From positions 4,218,001 to 4,282,000 of the forward strand of contig CM075994.1 of NCBI GenBank assembly GCA_038087875.1: a stretch of DNA of 64,000 bases, written 5' to 3'. Positions 29,436-64,000 of this stretch are shown in pieces; the stretch's first letter is position 1; each line of letters begins with the position of its first letter. Position numbers and translations under genes: made by a program. The notes below the pieces were generated by a model that was given only the letters and a program-made list of their open reading frames with translations, searched no databases and was not told where the DNA came from. The stretch comes from Malacoraja senta (taxonomy: Eukaryota).

Positions 29436-30039
29436 GAAATGAGTCAAGAAACAAGAGTGTTTTATGTCATTTTATTGAAATGGAACAATCACATTTTACT
29501 TGCAGCAGAACAACCGGTTATCAACTCATACCCAGTAGATAATATAGCAAACAACAAAAGGTAAATAAATGCTGCCGTGTGTTCATCATCGTTTCTCCAT
29601 TCCCAGCAACTAAGGAATTTTCTTCACCAAGAGGACTGCAGCAGCTTCAATAATTCGTTGATCACCACTGTCAGCGAGAGTTAGAAAATGACAGCAAATT
29701 CTAGTATTTCCAATATTACGGTTACTCGCTGCATGAGCGAAATATTTTCGACCTTACGGTGCTAAAACCAGATCCAAATTAACTATCATAACTTTCATGC
29801 AATAAACCCCTCCACCGGTGTCATTGATTTTTATACCGGTTGTTTTGAAATAAATCAATTGCTCGAAGATCGACAATAACGCGTCAGATGACAGCGTATG
29901 TCAATTGCTGCACTGAAACCCACAAACCGAATCTCTGTATCCGTTGTTCTGCTGTCACTCTCCCTCTCTCAAGACGGAACAAGGACAGCGCTACTTTCGT
30001 CCTGACCTTTCTCTAACCTGCCTCCACGCCCAACACGAT
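29436..30039 (+). repeat. Right copy of ~605-bp direct repeat flanking the L1
   Basis: Starts immediately after the L1 poly(A). Confidence 0.95.
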
Positions 30040-30560
30040 ATTCTCGGACACTTCCGCAAAATTCAACGTCATCACTCCACCATTCAACCTTCCCATCCAC
30101 ATACCGTTCCTCTTTTCGTGGCAACCGCTTCCTCCGCAACTCTTTAGTTCGCTCATCCATCCCCCACACAACCCTTCTCCTCCCAGGTACTCTCCCCTCC
30201 ATCCGCAGGACATGCAACACCCATCTCTCTATCTCCACATCCAGAGACACAAGCAGCCCGCTGGAGTGAGACGCAGGCTGTTTACATGCACCTCCTCCAA
30301 CCTCAGTAACTACATTCAATGTTCCCGATGTAGCCTCCCACATCTGTAAAATGTAGACGAGGAGACAGGTCCGCCCAATCGCCTAGCTGCAAACGATTTT
30401 AACTCCCATTTCCATTCCCACTCCGACCTCCCTGCTATTGTCGTATATTGACTACCATTCAACGGTAGACACAAATCCAGGAGAAACTCAGCGGGTGAGG
30501 CAGCATCTATGGAGCGAAGGAATGGGTGACGTTTCGGGTCGAGACTCTTCTTCAGACCAT
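29940..30560. mobile_element. Degenerate Penelope-like element 3' region with terminal repeat
   Basis: cacctcctccaacctc..tactacattcaatgttcccgatg GIY-YIG-type remnant; hammerhead-bearing repeat at 30465-30557. Confidence 0.55.
30526..30557 (-). ncRNA. Minimal hammerhead ribozyme motif (Penelope type)
   Basis: Reverse complement gt-CTGAAGA-a-gagtctcgaccc-GAAAC-GTC-ac. Confidence 0.55.
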
Positions 30561-30840
30561 TTACATTCATGTCTCCAATATGAGATGTATAATTAACGCT
30601 AATTATTTTGCTATCCTTTTTTATTCTACACAGGTAGTCCTCTGCTATTCTTGGGAAATACCCTGTTACTATGAACACTGATACAAAACCTTACATTCTC
30701 CAATATAATTTCAATAGTCGCCATCTGCAAGTGACGACCGTGTATATTTGTGTGTTTTCTTTTTTTATGGATTAATTAATGTTGTATTCTTTGTTTTAAT
30801 GTCTCTTGCCAGACATTATCTCTTCCCTTCATTTTCATTT

Positions 30841-31680
30841 CATAGATACATAGATACATAGAAAATAGGTGCAGGAGTAGGCCATACGGCCCTTCGAGCC
30901 TGCACCGCCATTCAATATGATCCTGGCTGATCATCCAACTCAGTATCCCGTACCTGCCTTCTCTCCATACCCCCTGATCCCTTTAGCCACAAGGGCCACA
31001 TCTAACTCTCTCTTAAATATAGCCAATGAACTGGCCTCAACTACCCTCTGTGGCAGAGAGTTCCAGAGATTCACCACTCTCTGTGTGAATTTTTTTTTCT
31101 CATCTCGGTCTTAACGGATTGCCCCCTTATCCTTAAGCTGTGACCCCTTGTCCTGGACTTCCCCAACATCGGGAACAATCTTCCTGCATCTAGCCTGTCC
31201 AACCCATTAAGAAATTTGTAAGTTTCTATAAGATCCCCTCTCAATCTCCTAAATTCTAGCGAGTATAAGCCGAGTCTATCCAGTCTTTCTTCATATGAAA
31301 GTCCTGACATCCCAGGAATCAGTCTGGTGAACCTTCTCTGCACTCCCTCTATGACTATAATGTCCTTCCTCAGATTTGGAGACCAAAACTGTACGCAATA
31401 CTCCAGGTGTGGTCTCACCAAGACCATGTACAACTGCAGTAGAACCTCCCTGCTCCTATACTCAAATCCTTTTGCTATGAAAGCTAACATACCATTCGCT
31501 TTCTTCACTGCCTGCTGCACCTGCATGCCTACTTTCAATGACTGGTGTACCATGACACCCAGGGCTCGCTGCATCTCCCCTTTTCCTAATCGGCCACCAT
31601 TTAGATAATAGTCTGCTTTCCTGTTTTTGCCACCAAAGTGGATAACCTCACATTTATCCACATTATACTGCATCTGCCCT
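30841..31680 (-). mobile_element. Young CR1 3' fragment, same subfamily as 34397-39454
   Basis: ORF 31071-31694 nearly identical to the C-terminus of 34499-35431; (tatgtatc)n tail. Confidence 0.93.
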
Positions 31681-33139
31681 TCAATTCCCTTCAATCCTTT
31701 ATTTTTATTTTGTTAAATGTTCCCAACCTTCAGTCTTACTTTTATTTAGAATTCTCAATTGACCAGGTATCATTGTCAACTACTCTATACAACCTTACGA
31801 GATCTATTTTCTCTTGCATATTCGATTAAAATTGATATACATTATCTGAAAGCTATGTCACAGTTTTTAAAACGTGTTTGTATTTGCTTTACAACCAAAG
31901 CATTTAATGTGATTCCCAAAGTTCCATGTTCAGCTCATGCCTCACGCCTTGCACTTTGCTTTATTGGGATTTAAATCTGGTTTCCGTTTCAACAAGATTT
32001 AGTTCAATATTCACATTTAACCCTACGGTCATAGATGTTCTGCGTACGTCGTATGTATTCAAACGTAATATTGATTAGAGATCAAGAAACATTCAACTGT
32101 CCCATGCATGCTTTTCGTTGGAATACCTGTTTGCCAGCCACTCACACTATGCCTGCAATAACCTAAATAGTGTATCGTGCTGACCATCAAATACTACGCC
32201 TCCCTGGTGACCAGAGTAACGGAGATTGTTAGTCAAACTCTGAAACCGGGAACCCCAGCTGATGATACGTCTAAGAAACAGGAATCGTCCTGGATTTCCC
32301 ATTGTGGAAAGCATTCCGACAGGCTGAATTTCCAGGCCGTGCATCTCCTTCATGCATTAATATATTAATCATACATCTGACATTGGAAATTGCACCTGTT
32401 GACCCTGCAAATTCTTCCTGCTGAATTTTCTGCTAGTTCAAAAATCTAAGAATTTTACTCTGTTCTATGAAACTGGTCCACCGTGTTCTGTTACATCAAT
32501 ACATATTCTAAGCGACTGAATTGACCACAGCTGACAGCAAGAATTTAATTATCAATAATAACCAGCACCTAATGAACAGTTGGAATGCCAGGAGCAAATT
32601 GGTTACTCTTACCTGAACATATGTTCAAGTATGTTAATGTCAACGTTAAAGTTCCATTAATTATAAACTGCAAACTGAGTAAAAATTCGAGAAAGAGGTA
32701 AGTAATGAATCTCTTAAGTTTATTTCACTTGCTAAAATCCCGGTCACCTACCCTCCAAAACAGGAATCCATGCCGCTAACTGCCAGCACAATAATCCTGT
32801 ATTAATACAAGCTAAATTTGAAAGATTCGCGTCATCCCGGCTGCCAGCGGGTAATTGGTAAAGGGCATGGTGATAATTTCAAACTTAAGAAATCATTCAA
32901 TGCGAACAGCAAAGCAAATAAAAAGAATTGACACCAATCAATCCGTAAAGTTTGAAATTCCTCAACATCCCATAATCATATCAAGAGTCAAGAGTGCTTT
33001 ATTGTCAAATGTCCCAGATAGAACAATGACATTCTTACTTGCTGCAAAACAACAGAATATGTAAACATAGTACATAAACGAGCGGGGAAAAAAGCGTTCA
33101 GTGTGTATATATACACATACCTACATACTCAAAAAACAA

Positions 33140-34396
33140 ACAATTATAGTGCAATAGTAATAATAATAGTCTGTGGCAGTTCAAAGCTTATTGTTTGTCG
33201 TGTTTAATAGCCTAATGGCTGCAGGGAGATGCTTTTCCTGAACCTGGACGTTACAGTTTTCAGGCTCCTATGCCTTCTACCCGATGACAGTGGTGAAATG
33301 AGCGTGTGGCCAGGAGGGTGTGGGTCTCTGAAGATGTTAGCTGCTTTTTTCAGGCAGCGACTCCGATAAATCCCTTCGATGGTGGGGAGGTCAGAGCCGA
33401 TGATGGACTGGGCAGTGGTCACAACTCTCTGCATTCCATTCCGCTCCTGGACGTCCAAGTTGCCGAACCAGGCCATGATGCAACCAGGCAATATGCTCTT
33501 TAATGTACACCTGCAGAAGTTCAAGAGAATCCTCTTTGACACATTGAATATCCGTAATCTTCCCAGGAAGTAGAGGCGCTGATGTACTTTCTTTGGAATT
33601 ACATCAGTGTGCTGGGTCCAGGAAAGATCTTCGGAAATATGCACACCCAAGAATTTGATGTTTTTGACTCTCTCCACCATCTTCCCATTGATATAAACAG
33701 GGTTGTAGGTTCCCATCCTTCCCCTTGCAAAGTGCACAATCGGTTCCTTGGTTTTGCTGATATTGAGAGACAGGTTGTTGTGCTGGCACCATTTGGTCAA
33801 TCGGTCGATCTCACTTCTATACTCTGACTCATCACCATCTGTAATTCGCCCAACAACGATGGTGTCGTCGGCGAACTTGATGATGGAGTTCGCACTATGT
33901 CCGGCTACACAGTCATGAGCTTAGAGTGAGTAGAGCAGGGGGCTGAGCACGCAGCCTTGAGGTGCTCCCGTACTGATTGTTACTGAGGATGAAGTATTTC
34001 TGCCAACACGAACAGACTGTGGTGTGTGGATGAGGAAGTCGAGGATCCAATTGCAGAGGGATGCGCAGAGACCCAGTTCCGTGAGCTTGGTAATCAGCTT
34101 GGAGGGGATGATGGTATTGAACGCCGAGCTGTAGTTTATAAAAACAGCCTGGCGTAAGTGTTTTTATTGTCCAAGTGGTCCAGTGCGGAGTGGAGAGCCA
34201 GTGAGATCGCATCCTCCGTTGACCTGTTGTGACGGTACGGGAACTGTGCAGTGGGTCAAGGTTCTTGTCGAAGTAGGAGTTGATATGCCCTATAACTAAG
34301 CTCTCAAAGTACTTCCTCATCACGGACTTTAGTGCCACTGGTTGACAGTCGTTAAGGCACATAACCTTTCTCTTCTTGGGCACCGGTAATATTGAT
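33140..34396 (-). mobile_element. Rex1/Babar LINE, 3' part
   Basis: WCQHNNLSLNISKTKE, KFLGVHISEDLSW, QRLYFL. Confidence 0.88.
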
Positions 34397-34498
34397 ATAC
34401 ATAGATACATAGATACATAGAAAATAGGTGCAGGAGTAGGCCATTCGGCCCTTCGAGCCTGCACCGCCATTCAATACGATCATGGCTGATCATCCAAC

Positions 34499-37400
34499 TC
34501 AGTATCCCGTACCTGCCTTCTCTCCATACCCCCTGATCCCTTTAGCCACAAGGGCCACATCTAATTCCTTCTTAAATATAGCCAATGAACTGGCCTCAAC
34601 TACCCTCTGTGGCAGAGAGTTCCAGAGATTCACCACTCTCTGTGTGAAAAAGTTTTTTCTCATCTCGGTCCTAAAGGATTTCCCCCTTATCCTTAAGCTG
34701 TGACCCCTTGTCCTGGACTTCCCCAACATCGGGAACAATCTTCCTGCATCTAGCCTGTCCAACCCCATAAGAATCTTGTACGTTTCTATAAGATCCCCTC
34801 TCAATCTCCTAAATTCTAGCGAGTATAAGCCAAGTCTATCCAGTCTTTCTTCATATGAAAGTCCTGACATCCCAGGAATCAGTCTGGTGAACCTTCTCTG
34901 CACTCCCTCTATGGCTATAATGTCCTTCCTCAGATTTGGAGACCAAAACTGTACGCAATACTCCAGGTGTGGTCTCACCAAGACCCTGTACAACTGCAGT
35001 AGAACCTCGCTGCTCCTATACTCAAATCCTCTTGCTATGAAGGCCAACATACCATTCTCTTTCTTCACTGCCTGCTGCACCTGCATGCCTACTTTCAATG
35101 ACTGGTGTACCATGACACCCAGGTCTCGCTGCATCTCCCCATTTCCTAATCGGCCACCATTTAGATAATAGTCTGCCTTCCCGTTTTTGCTACCAAAGTG
35201 GATAACCTCACATTTATCCACATTATACTGCATCTGCCAAACATTTGCCCACTCACCCAGCCTATCCAAGTCACCTTGCACTCTCCTAGCATCCTCCTCA
35301 CAGCTAACACTGCCCCCCCAGCTTAGTGTCATCCGCAAACTTGGAGATGTTGCTTTCAATTCCCTCGTCCAGATCATTAATATAAATTGTAAATAGCTGG
35401 GGTCCCAGCACTGAGCCTTGCGGTACCCCACTAGTCACTGCCTGCCATTGTGAAAAGGACCCGTTTACTCCTACTCTTTGCTTCCTGTTTGCCAGCCAGT
35501 TCTCTATCCACATCAATACTGAACCCCCAATACCGTGTGATTTAAGTTTGTATCCTAATCTCTTATGTGGTACCTTGTCGAAAGCCTTCTGAAAGTCCAG
35601 ATACAACACATCCACTGGTTCTCCCCTATCCACTCTACTAGTTACATCCTCGAAAAATTCTATAAGATTCGTCAGACACGATTTACCTTTCGTAAATCCA
35701 TGCTGACTTTGTCCAATGATTTCACCACTTTCCAAATGTGCTGCTATCCCATCTTTAATAACTGACTCTAGCAGTTTCCCCACTACCGATGTTAGACTAA
35801 CTGGTCTGTAATTCCCCGTTTTCTCTCTCCCTCCCTTCTTAAAAAGTGGGGTTACGTTTGCTACCCTCCAATCCTCAGGAACTACTCCAGAATCTAAAGA
35901 GTTTTGAAAAATTATCACTAATGCATCCACTATTTCTGGAGCTACTTCCTTAAGTACTCTGGGATGCAGCCTATCTGGCCCTGGTGATTTATCGGCCTTT
36001 AATCCATTCAATTTACCCAACACCACTTCCCGACTAACCTGGATTTCACTCAGTTCCTCCATCTCCTTTGACCCGCGGCCCCCTGCTATTTCCGGCAGAT
36101 TATTTATGTCTTCCTTAGTGAAGACGGAACCAAAGTAGTTATTCAATTGGTCTGCCATATCCTTGTTCCCCATGATCAATTCACCTGTTTCTGACTGCAA
36201 GGGACCTACATTTGATTTAACTAATCTCTTTCTCTTCACATATCTATAAAAACTTTTGCAGTCAGTTTTTATGTTCCCTGCCAGTTTCCTTTCATAATCT
36301 ATTTTCCCTTTCCTAATTAAGCCCTTTGTCCTCCTCTGCTGGTCTCTGAATTTCTCCCAGTCCTCTGGTATGCTGCTTTTTCTAGCTAATTTGTACGCAT
36401 CATCTTTTGCTTTGATACTATCCCTGATTTCCCTTGTTATCCACGGATGCACTACCTTCCTTGATTTATTCTTTTGCCAAACTGGGATGAACAATTTTTG
36501 TAGTTCATCCATGCAGTCTTTAAATGCCTTCCATTGCATATCCACCGTCAACCCTTTTAGAACTAATTGCCAGTCAATCTTGGCCAATTCACATCTCATA
36601 CCATCAAAGTTACCTTTCTTTAAGTTCAGAACTGTTGTTTCTGAATTAACAATGTCACTCTCCATCCTAATGAAGAACTCAACCATATTATGATCACTCT
36701 TGCCCAAGGGGGCACGCACAACAAGTCTGCTAACTAACCCTTCCTCATTACTCAATACCCAGTCTAGAATAGCCTGCTCTCTCGTTGGTTCCTCTACATG
36801 TTGGTTTAGATAACTATCCCTCATACATTCCAAGAAATCCTCTTCCTCAGCACCCCTGCCAATTTGATTCACCCAATCTATATGTAGATTGAAGTCACCC
36901 ATTATAACTGTTTTGCCTTTGTTGCACGCATTTCTAATTTCCTGTTTGATGCCATCCCCAACTTCACTACTACTGCTAGGTGGCCTGTACACAACTCCCA
37001 CCAGCGTTTTCTGCCCCTTAGTGTTTCGCAGCTCTACCCATACCGATTCCACATCCTCCAAGCTAATGTCCTTCCTTTCCACTGCGTTAATCTCCTCTCT
37101 AACCAGCAACGCTACCCCACCTCCTTTTCCTTTCTCTCTATCCCTCCTGAATATTGAATATCCCTGGATGTTCAGCTCCCAGCCTTGGTCACCTTGGAGC
37201 CATGTCTCCGTCATCCCAACTATATCATAATCATTAATTGCTATCTGCACGTTCAACTCATCCACCTTATTACGAATGCTCCTTGCATTGAGACACAAAG
37301 CCTTCAGGCTTGTTTTTACAACGCTCTTACCCCTTATACAATTATGTTGAAAAGTGGCTCTTTTTGATTTTTGCCCTGAATTTGTCTGCCTGCCACTTTT

Positions 37401-37610
37401 ACCTTTCACCTTGCTACCTATTGCTTCCGCCCGCATTTTACACCCCTCTGTTTCTCTGCTCACCCATTTAAGAACCCCACCACCTCTTATTCTCTGTTTA
37501 TTATTGTTTTCTTCTTTCACCCCTACATGTTGGGTCTGAGTGCTTTCCTTCTCTGCCTCCTGCCTCACACACTGTCTAATAGCATTCTCTATTTGAGTCC
37601 CTCCCCCCAA
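34499..37610 (-). CDS. CR1 ORF2p (APE plus RT) with a single frameshift at about 35313-35319
   Basis: 768-aa and 310-aa ORFs overlap at [16 protein letters not shown]; the break falls in a C7/G7 homopolymer. Confidence 0.9.
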
Positions 37611-37615
37611 CCATT

Positions 37616-38551
37616 CTAGTTTAAAGTCTCCCCAGTAGCCTTTGCAGATCTCCCCGCCAGGATATCAGTCCCCCTCAGGTTCAAGTGCAACCCATCCTTT
37701 TTGTACAGGTCGAACCTTCCACAAAAGAAGTCCCAATGATCCAGAAATTTGAATCCCTGCCTTCTGCACCAGTCCTTCAGCCACGCATTTATCCTCCACC
37801 TCGCTCCATTCCTACTCTCACTGTCGCGTGGTACAGGCAGTAATCCCGAGATTGTTACCTTTGCTGTCCTTCTCTTTAACTCCCCTCCTAACTCCCTAAA
37901 TTCTCCTTTCAGGACCTCTTCTCTTTTTTTACCTATGTCATTGGTACCTATGTGTATCACGACCTCGGGCTCCTCTCCCTGCCCTTTCAGGATGTCTTGG
38001 ACACGTTGGGACACATCACAGACCCTGGCACCCGGGAGGCAAACTACCATCCGGGTCTCCCGACTGCGTCCACAGAATCGCCTGTCTGACCCCCTAACTA
38101 TAGAGTCCCCTATTAATATTGCCCTCCTCTTCTTTTCCTTACCCTTCTGAGCAACAGGACCGGTCTCTATACCGGAGGCCCGGCCGCTGTCGCTACCCCC
38201 AGGTAGGCTGTCCCCCCCAACAGTACTCAAACAGGAGTACTTATTGTCAAGGTGTACAGCCACCGGGGTACTCTCTAGTCCCTGCCTGTGCCCCTTGCCT
38301 CTCCCAACCGTGATCCACTTGCCTGCCTCCTGTGGTGTTGGAGTGACCACATCCCTGTAACTCCTCTCAATTACTTCCTCGCTCTCCCTGACCAGACGGA
38401 GGTCATCGAGCTGCTGCTCCAGGTTCCTAATACGGTCCATTAGGAGCCCCATCTCGATACACCTGGCGCAGATGTGGACGTCTGGAGGGCTATCTGACTC
38501 CATGACTTCCCACATCTGACATCCAGAACAGTAAACTGCCCTGGCCGTCAT
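37616..38551 (-). CDS. CR1 ORF1p: Cys-rich N-terminus, coiled coil, SGNH/GDSL esterase
   Basis: [26 protein letters not shown] and DGLH esterase blocks intact. Confidence 0.9.
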   Translation of the reverse strand: MTARAVYCSGCQMWEVMESDSPPDVHICARCIEMGLLMDRIRNLEQQLDDLRLVRESEEVIERSYRDVVTPTPQEAGKWITVGRGKGHRQGLESTPVAVHLDNKYSCLSTVGGDSLPGGSDSGRASGIETGPVAQKGKEKKRRAILIGDSIVRGSDRRFCGRSRETRMVVCLPGARVCDVSQRVQDILKGQGEEPEVVIHIGTNDIGKKREEVLKGEFRELGGELKRRTAKVTISGLLPVPRDSESRNGARWRINAWLKDWCRRQGFKFLDHWDFFCGRFDLYKKDGLHLNLRGTDILAGRSAKATGETLN

Positions 38552-38568
38552 ACTCCCCTTACCCTGGA

Positions 38569-38717
38569 TAGAATATAAAACAAACTGATAGAATACAAAA
38601 CAAACTGCTACAATACAAAACAAACTGCTACAATACAAAACAAACTGCTACAATACAAAACAAACTGCTACAATACAAAACAAACTGCTACAATACAAAA
38701 CAAACTGCTACAATACA
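38569..38717. repeat. 20-bp tandem repeat (caaactgctacaatacaaaa) in CR1 5'UTR
   Basis: About 7 copies. Confidence 0.9.
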
Positions 38718-38831
38718 GTACAATCAGCAGGGATCTGACTCCCAATCAGCTGCTCTCTCTTATCTGCGTCCACCAATCAGCGGCTTCCTCAAACCCACTT
38801 GTTTTTGAAGTGGAACGTTGCCGATTTGGGT

Positions 38832-39447
38832 TCCTTTTTAAGTCCTACCGCTCGGTTGTAGCTCCTCCCTCAGCGACCTCTCCAACGGCTTTCGGATCTC
38901 TGTTAGGAACAAGCCCCCGCGCTCCTTTTTAAGTCCTACCGCTCGGTTGTAGCTCCTCCCTCAGCGACCTCTCCAACGGCTTTCGGATCTGTTAGGAACA
39001 AGCCCCCGCGCTCCTTTTTAAGTCCTACCGCTCGGTTGTAGCTCCTCCCTCAGCGACCTCTCCAACGGCTTTCGGATCTCTGTTAGGAACAAGCCCCCGC
39101 GCTCCTTTTTAAGTCCTACCGCTCGGTTGTAGCTCCTCCCTCAGCGACCTCTCCAACGGCTTTCGGATCTCTGTTAGGAACAAGCCCCCGCGCTCCTTTT
39201 TAAGTCCTACCGCTCGGTTGTAGCTCCTCCCTCAGCGACCTCTCCAACGGCTTTCGGATCTCTGTTAGGAACAAGCCCCCGCGCTCCTTTTTAAGTCCTA
39301 CCGCTCGGTTGTAGCTCCTCCCTCAGCGACCTCTCCAACGGCTTTCGGATCTCTGTTAGGAACAAGCCCCCGCGCTCCTTTTTAAGTCCTACCGCTCGGT
39401 TGTAGCTCCTCCCTCAGCGACCTCTCCAACGGCTTTCGGATCTCTGT
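38832..39447. repeat. 91-bp tandem monomer array at CR1 5' end
   Basis: agtcctaccgctcgg recurs at 38841, 38932, 39021, 39112, 39203, 39294, 39385. Confidence 0.95.
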
Positions 39448-39454
39448 ACCGCTC

Positions 39455-40350
39455 TTGATGCGCTCTTAAAGCAGGTGGCAAACTCAGACCTCAGTAGTGA
39501 GAGGTTGAAAATGTCCGCGAAAACTCCAGCCAGTTGGTCTACACAGGTTTTGAGAACTCGGCTGGGTATACCATCAGGCCCAGGCGCTTTCCGAGGGTTC
39601 ACCCCCCTGAAGGATCTTCTGACGTCGGCCTCTGTGACTGTTACTGTAATACTACGGGGGTTCGGGAAGGCACATCAATGTTCTCCCTATCAAAGCGTGC
39701 GTAGAACGCATTTAGCTCGTCAGGGAGTGATGCTTCGCTGTCGTTTGAGCTGCCTCCTAATTTCGCCATGTAGGAGGCGGTGGCATTCAAGCCCTGCCAC
39801 AGTTGCCGAACATCCGTCCCATCCTCCAGCTTAGAGCAGAAGTCCCTTTTGGCCTTTTTGATGGCCTTGTCAATGTCGTATCTGCACTTCTTATAGACCT
39901 CTGCGTCACCGGACCTGAATGTCCCGGATCTGGTCATCAGAAGAATGCGGATCTCCTGGTTCATCCAAGGCTTCTCGTTAGGAAACACTCGGAAGGTTTT
40001 TGTTGGAATAGTCCTCCACACATTTCCTTATGAAGTCTGTAACGACTGTGGCGTATTCATTCAGGTCCGTTGCCGAGTCCTTGAACTTTGCCCAGTCTAC
40101 TGACTGCAAGAAGTCCTGTAGTTGTTCCTCTGTCTCCCCAGACCAGTTCTGTGCAGTCCTCACATCTGGGGGTGCGCTCTTCAGTTGTTACATGTATGCG
40201 GGAAGAAGCAGCACCGCGGAATGGTCGGATTTCCCGAAGTGAGGGCGAGGGAGAGAGCGGTAGGCATCCTTGATGGTCGTATTGCAGTGGTCAAGGGTGT
40301 TTAATCCTCTGCACGAGACATGTTGGTGGTAGTTTGGGAGTGATTCTGTA
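39455..40350 (-). mobile_element. Rex1/Babar LINE, upstream part
   Basis: KAPGPDGIPSRVLK, FPNEKPWMN, PHFGKSDH; continues the element at 33140-34396. Confidence 0.88.
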
Positions 40351-41457
40351 AAAACAGCACTCTGTATGTCAGTTCTCATGTGATTCTCCATCCGAAAAGG
40401 CGCCCACCCCTTTGCTTCTGTAGATGCTGCTCGATCCGCTGATTCTTCCTGTATTGAGTTTCCTTCTACTGCAGGTTTCCGTACTTGCTATCTATTGTGT
40501 CTGGAACTGGCCGCTATGCTACTTACGTCTTGGCCAACCCATGACATCCAAGCACCTGTTAAGCGTGCTTCTACTTCTACGTTACTAAGCAGTGCAAGTG
40601 AAATATAAACAAACCATTTGCACCCGGGTGATTACGATGGGGGCAAAAATGTGTCTGCGGCCTGGCGAATGGAGTCGACATTGCAGACTGAGAGTCATGC
40701 CATAAAACCATCCATGCAACCCCTCTTTCTTTGTCCCACCCCACCCAAGTCGTTGGCTTCAAAGCCGTCTGTTTGAGGCTCATTTGTTTTAACTCGTTTC
40801 ACTTGGGCCACAGCGTTATCGTCCCTTTATCATCGTTAAATGTTTTACATATCTTTCACTTATGTGTTCTATATCTATATATATCACCGTCTATATCTCT
40901 CGTTTCCTTATTCCCTGATTCTGTCTGAAGAAATGTCTCGTCCCGAAACGTCAACTATTTATTTTCTCCAGGGATGGTGCCTGACCCGCTGAGTTGCTCC
41001 AGCATTTTGTATCTGTCTTCAGATGGTACACAGGCTGGGTTAGACCTCAGGCGGCACACAGGCAGGCCCTGCTTTAAATAGTCTTAAATTGAAAATAATT
41101 TCTCAAACAACACAAGAGGGATAATCACCAAAAAATCTAAATAAAATGTATACATTTATGAAAACACTTATTTGACATATATTCACCAGAATATTATTAA
41201 TCGTTAACATAAAACAAAGAAAATGTATCATTTACATGCATATAACGCTATGAACGAGGTCACGAATCTTACGCCGGACAGGCAGAAAGCTGATAGGCCA
41301 GGTGCATACCGCGTGCAGCCGCTCAGCTCACCAAATACTGAACCCCGCCCCTGAACAATCCAGCGACCGAGTGGACGTCAGACACGCCATTTTCTAACCA
41401 CTAACGAGTCCATGACGGATCACATTGCAATGCATAAACACGGCTATCAGAAATACA

Positions 41458-64000
<22,543 letters not shown>

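Larger units (their letters stand above)
34397..39454 (-). mobile_element. Full-length, near-intact CR1 LINE nested in Rex1/Babar
   Basis: 5' tandem monomers, ORF1, ORF2, 3'UTR, (tatgtatc)n tail; candidate TSD ttgat at 34392-34396 and 39455-39459. Confidence 0.95.

Noticed and set aside
38832..39447. Regular repeat array superficially like a CRISPR
   Set aside because: Units are identical head-to-tail with no unique spacers; eukaryotic CR1 5'UTR, no cas genes.

Overview
Vertebrate genomic DNA. The repeat families (CR1 LINEs with an SGNH-esterase ORF1, HE1/V-SINE-like SINEs, Rex1/Babar, L1, Penelope-derived elements) suggest a cartilaginous fish such as a skate or ray; this is inference. The main non-repeat signal, invisible in the ORF track, is a + strand micro-exon gene. 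It has at least 17 distinct AG..GT-bounded exons of 18-36 nt. All but one (26 nt) are multiples of 3, all are phase 1-1, and they splice into a helical, coiled-coil-like peptide that is stop-free once a single A is restored to that exon. The architecture recalls BG/butyrophilin heptad tails or schistosome micro-exon genes. A candidate promoter and first exon lie at about 41.3-41.5 kb. Positions 1-12467 recur almost identically at 51537-64000 across a 200-N gap, so this is either a false haplotype duplication or a very young ~51.5-kb tandem duplication. Also present: a near-intact full-length CR1 with a 91-bp monomer 5' array nested in a Rex1/Babar element; a 5'-truncated L1 flanked by a ~605-bp direct duplication; Penelope-type fold-back elements carrying minimal hammerhead-ribozyme motifs; and a Harbinger MITE.
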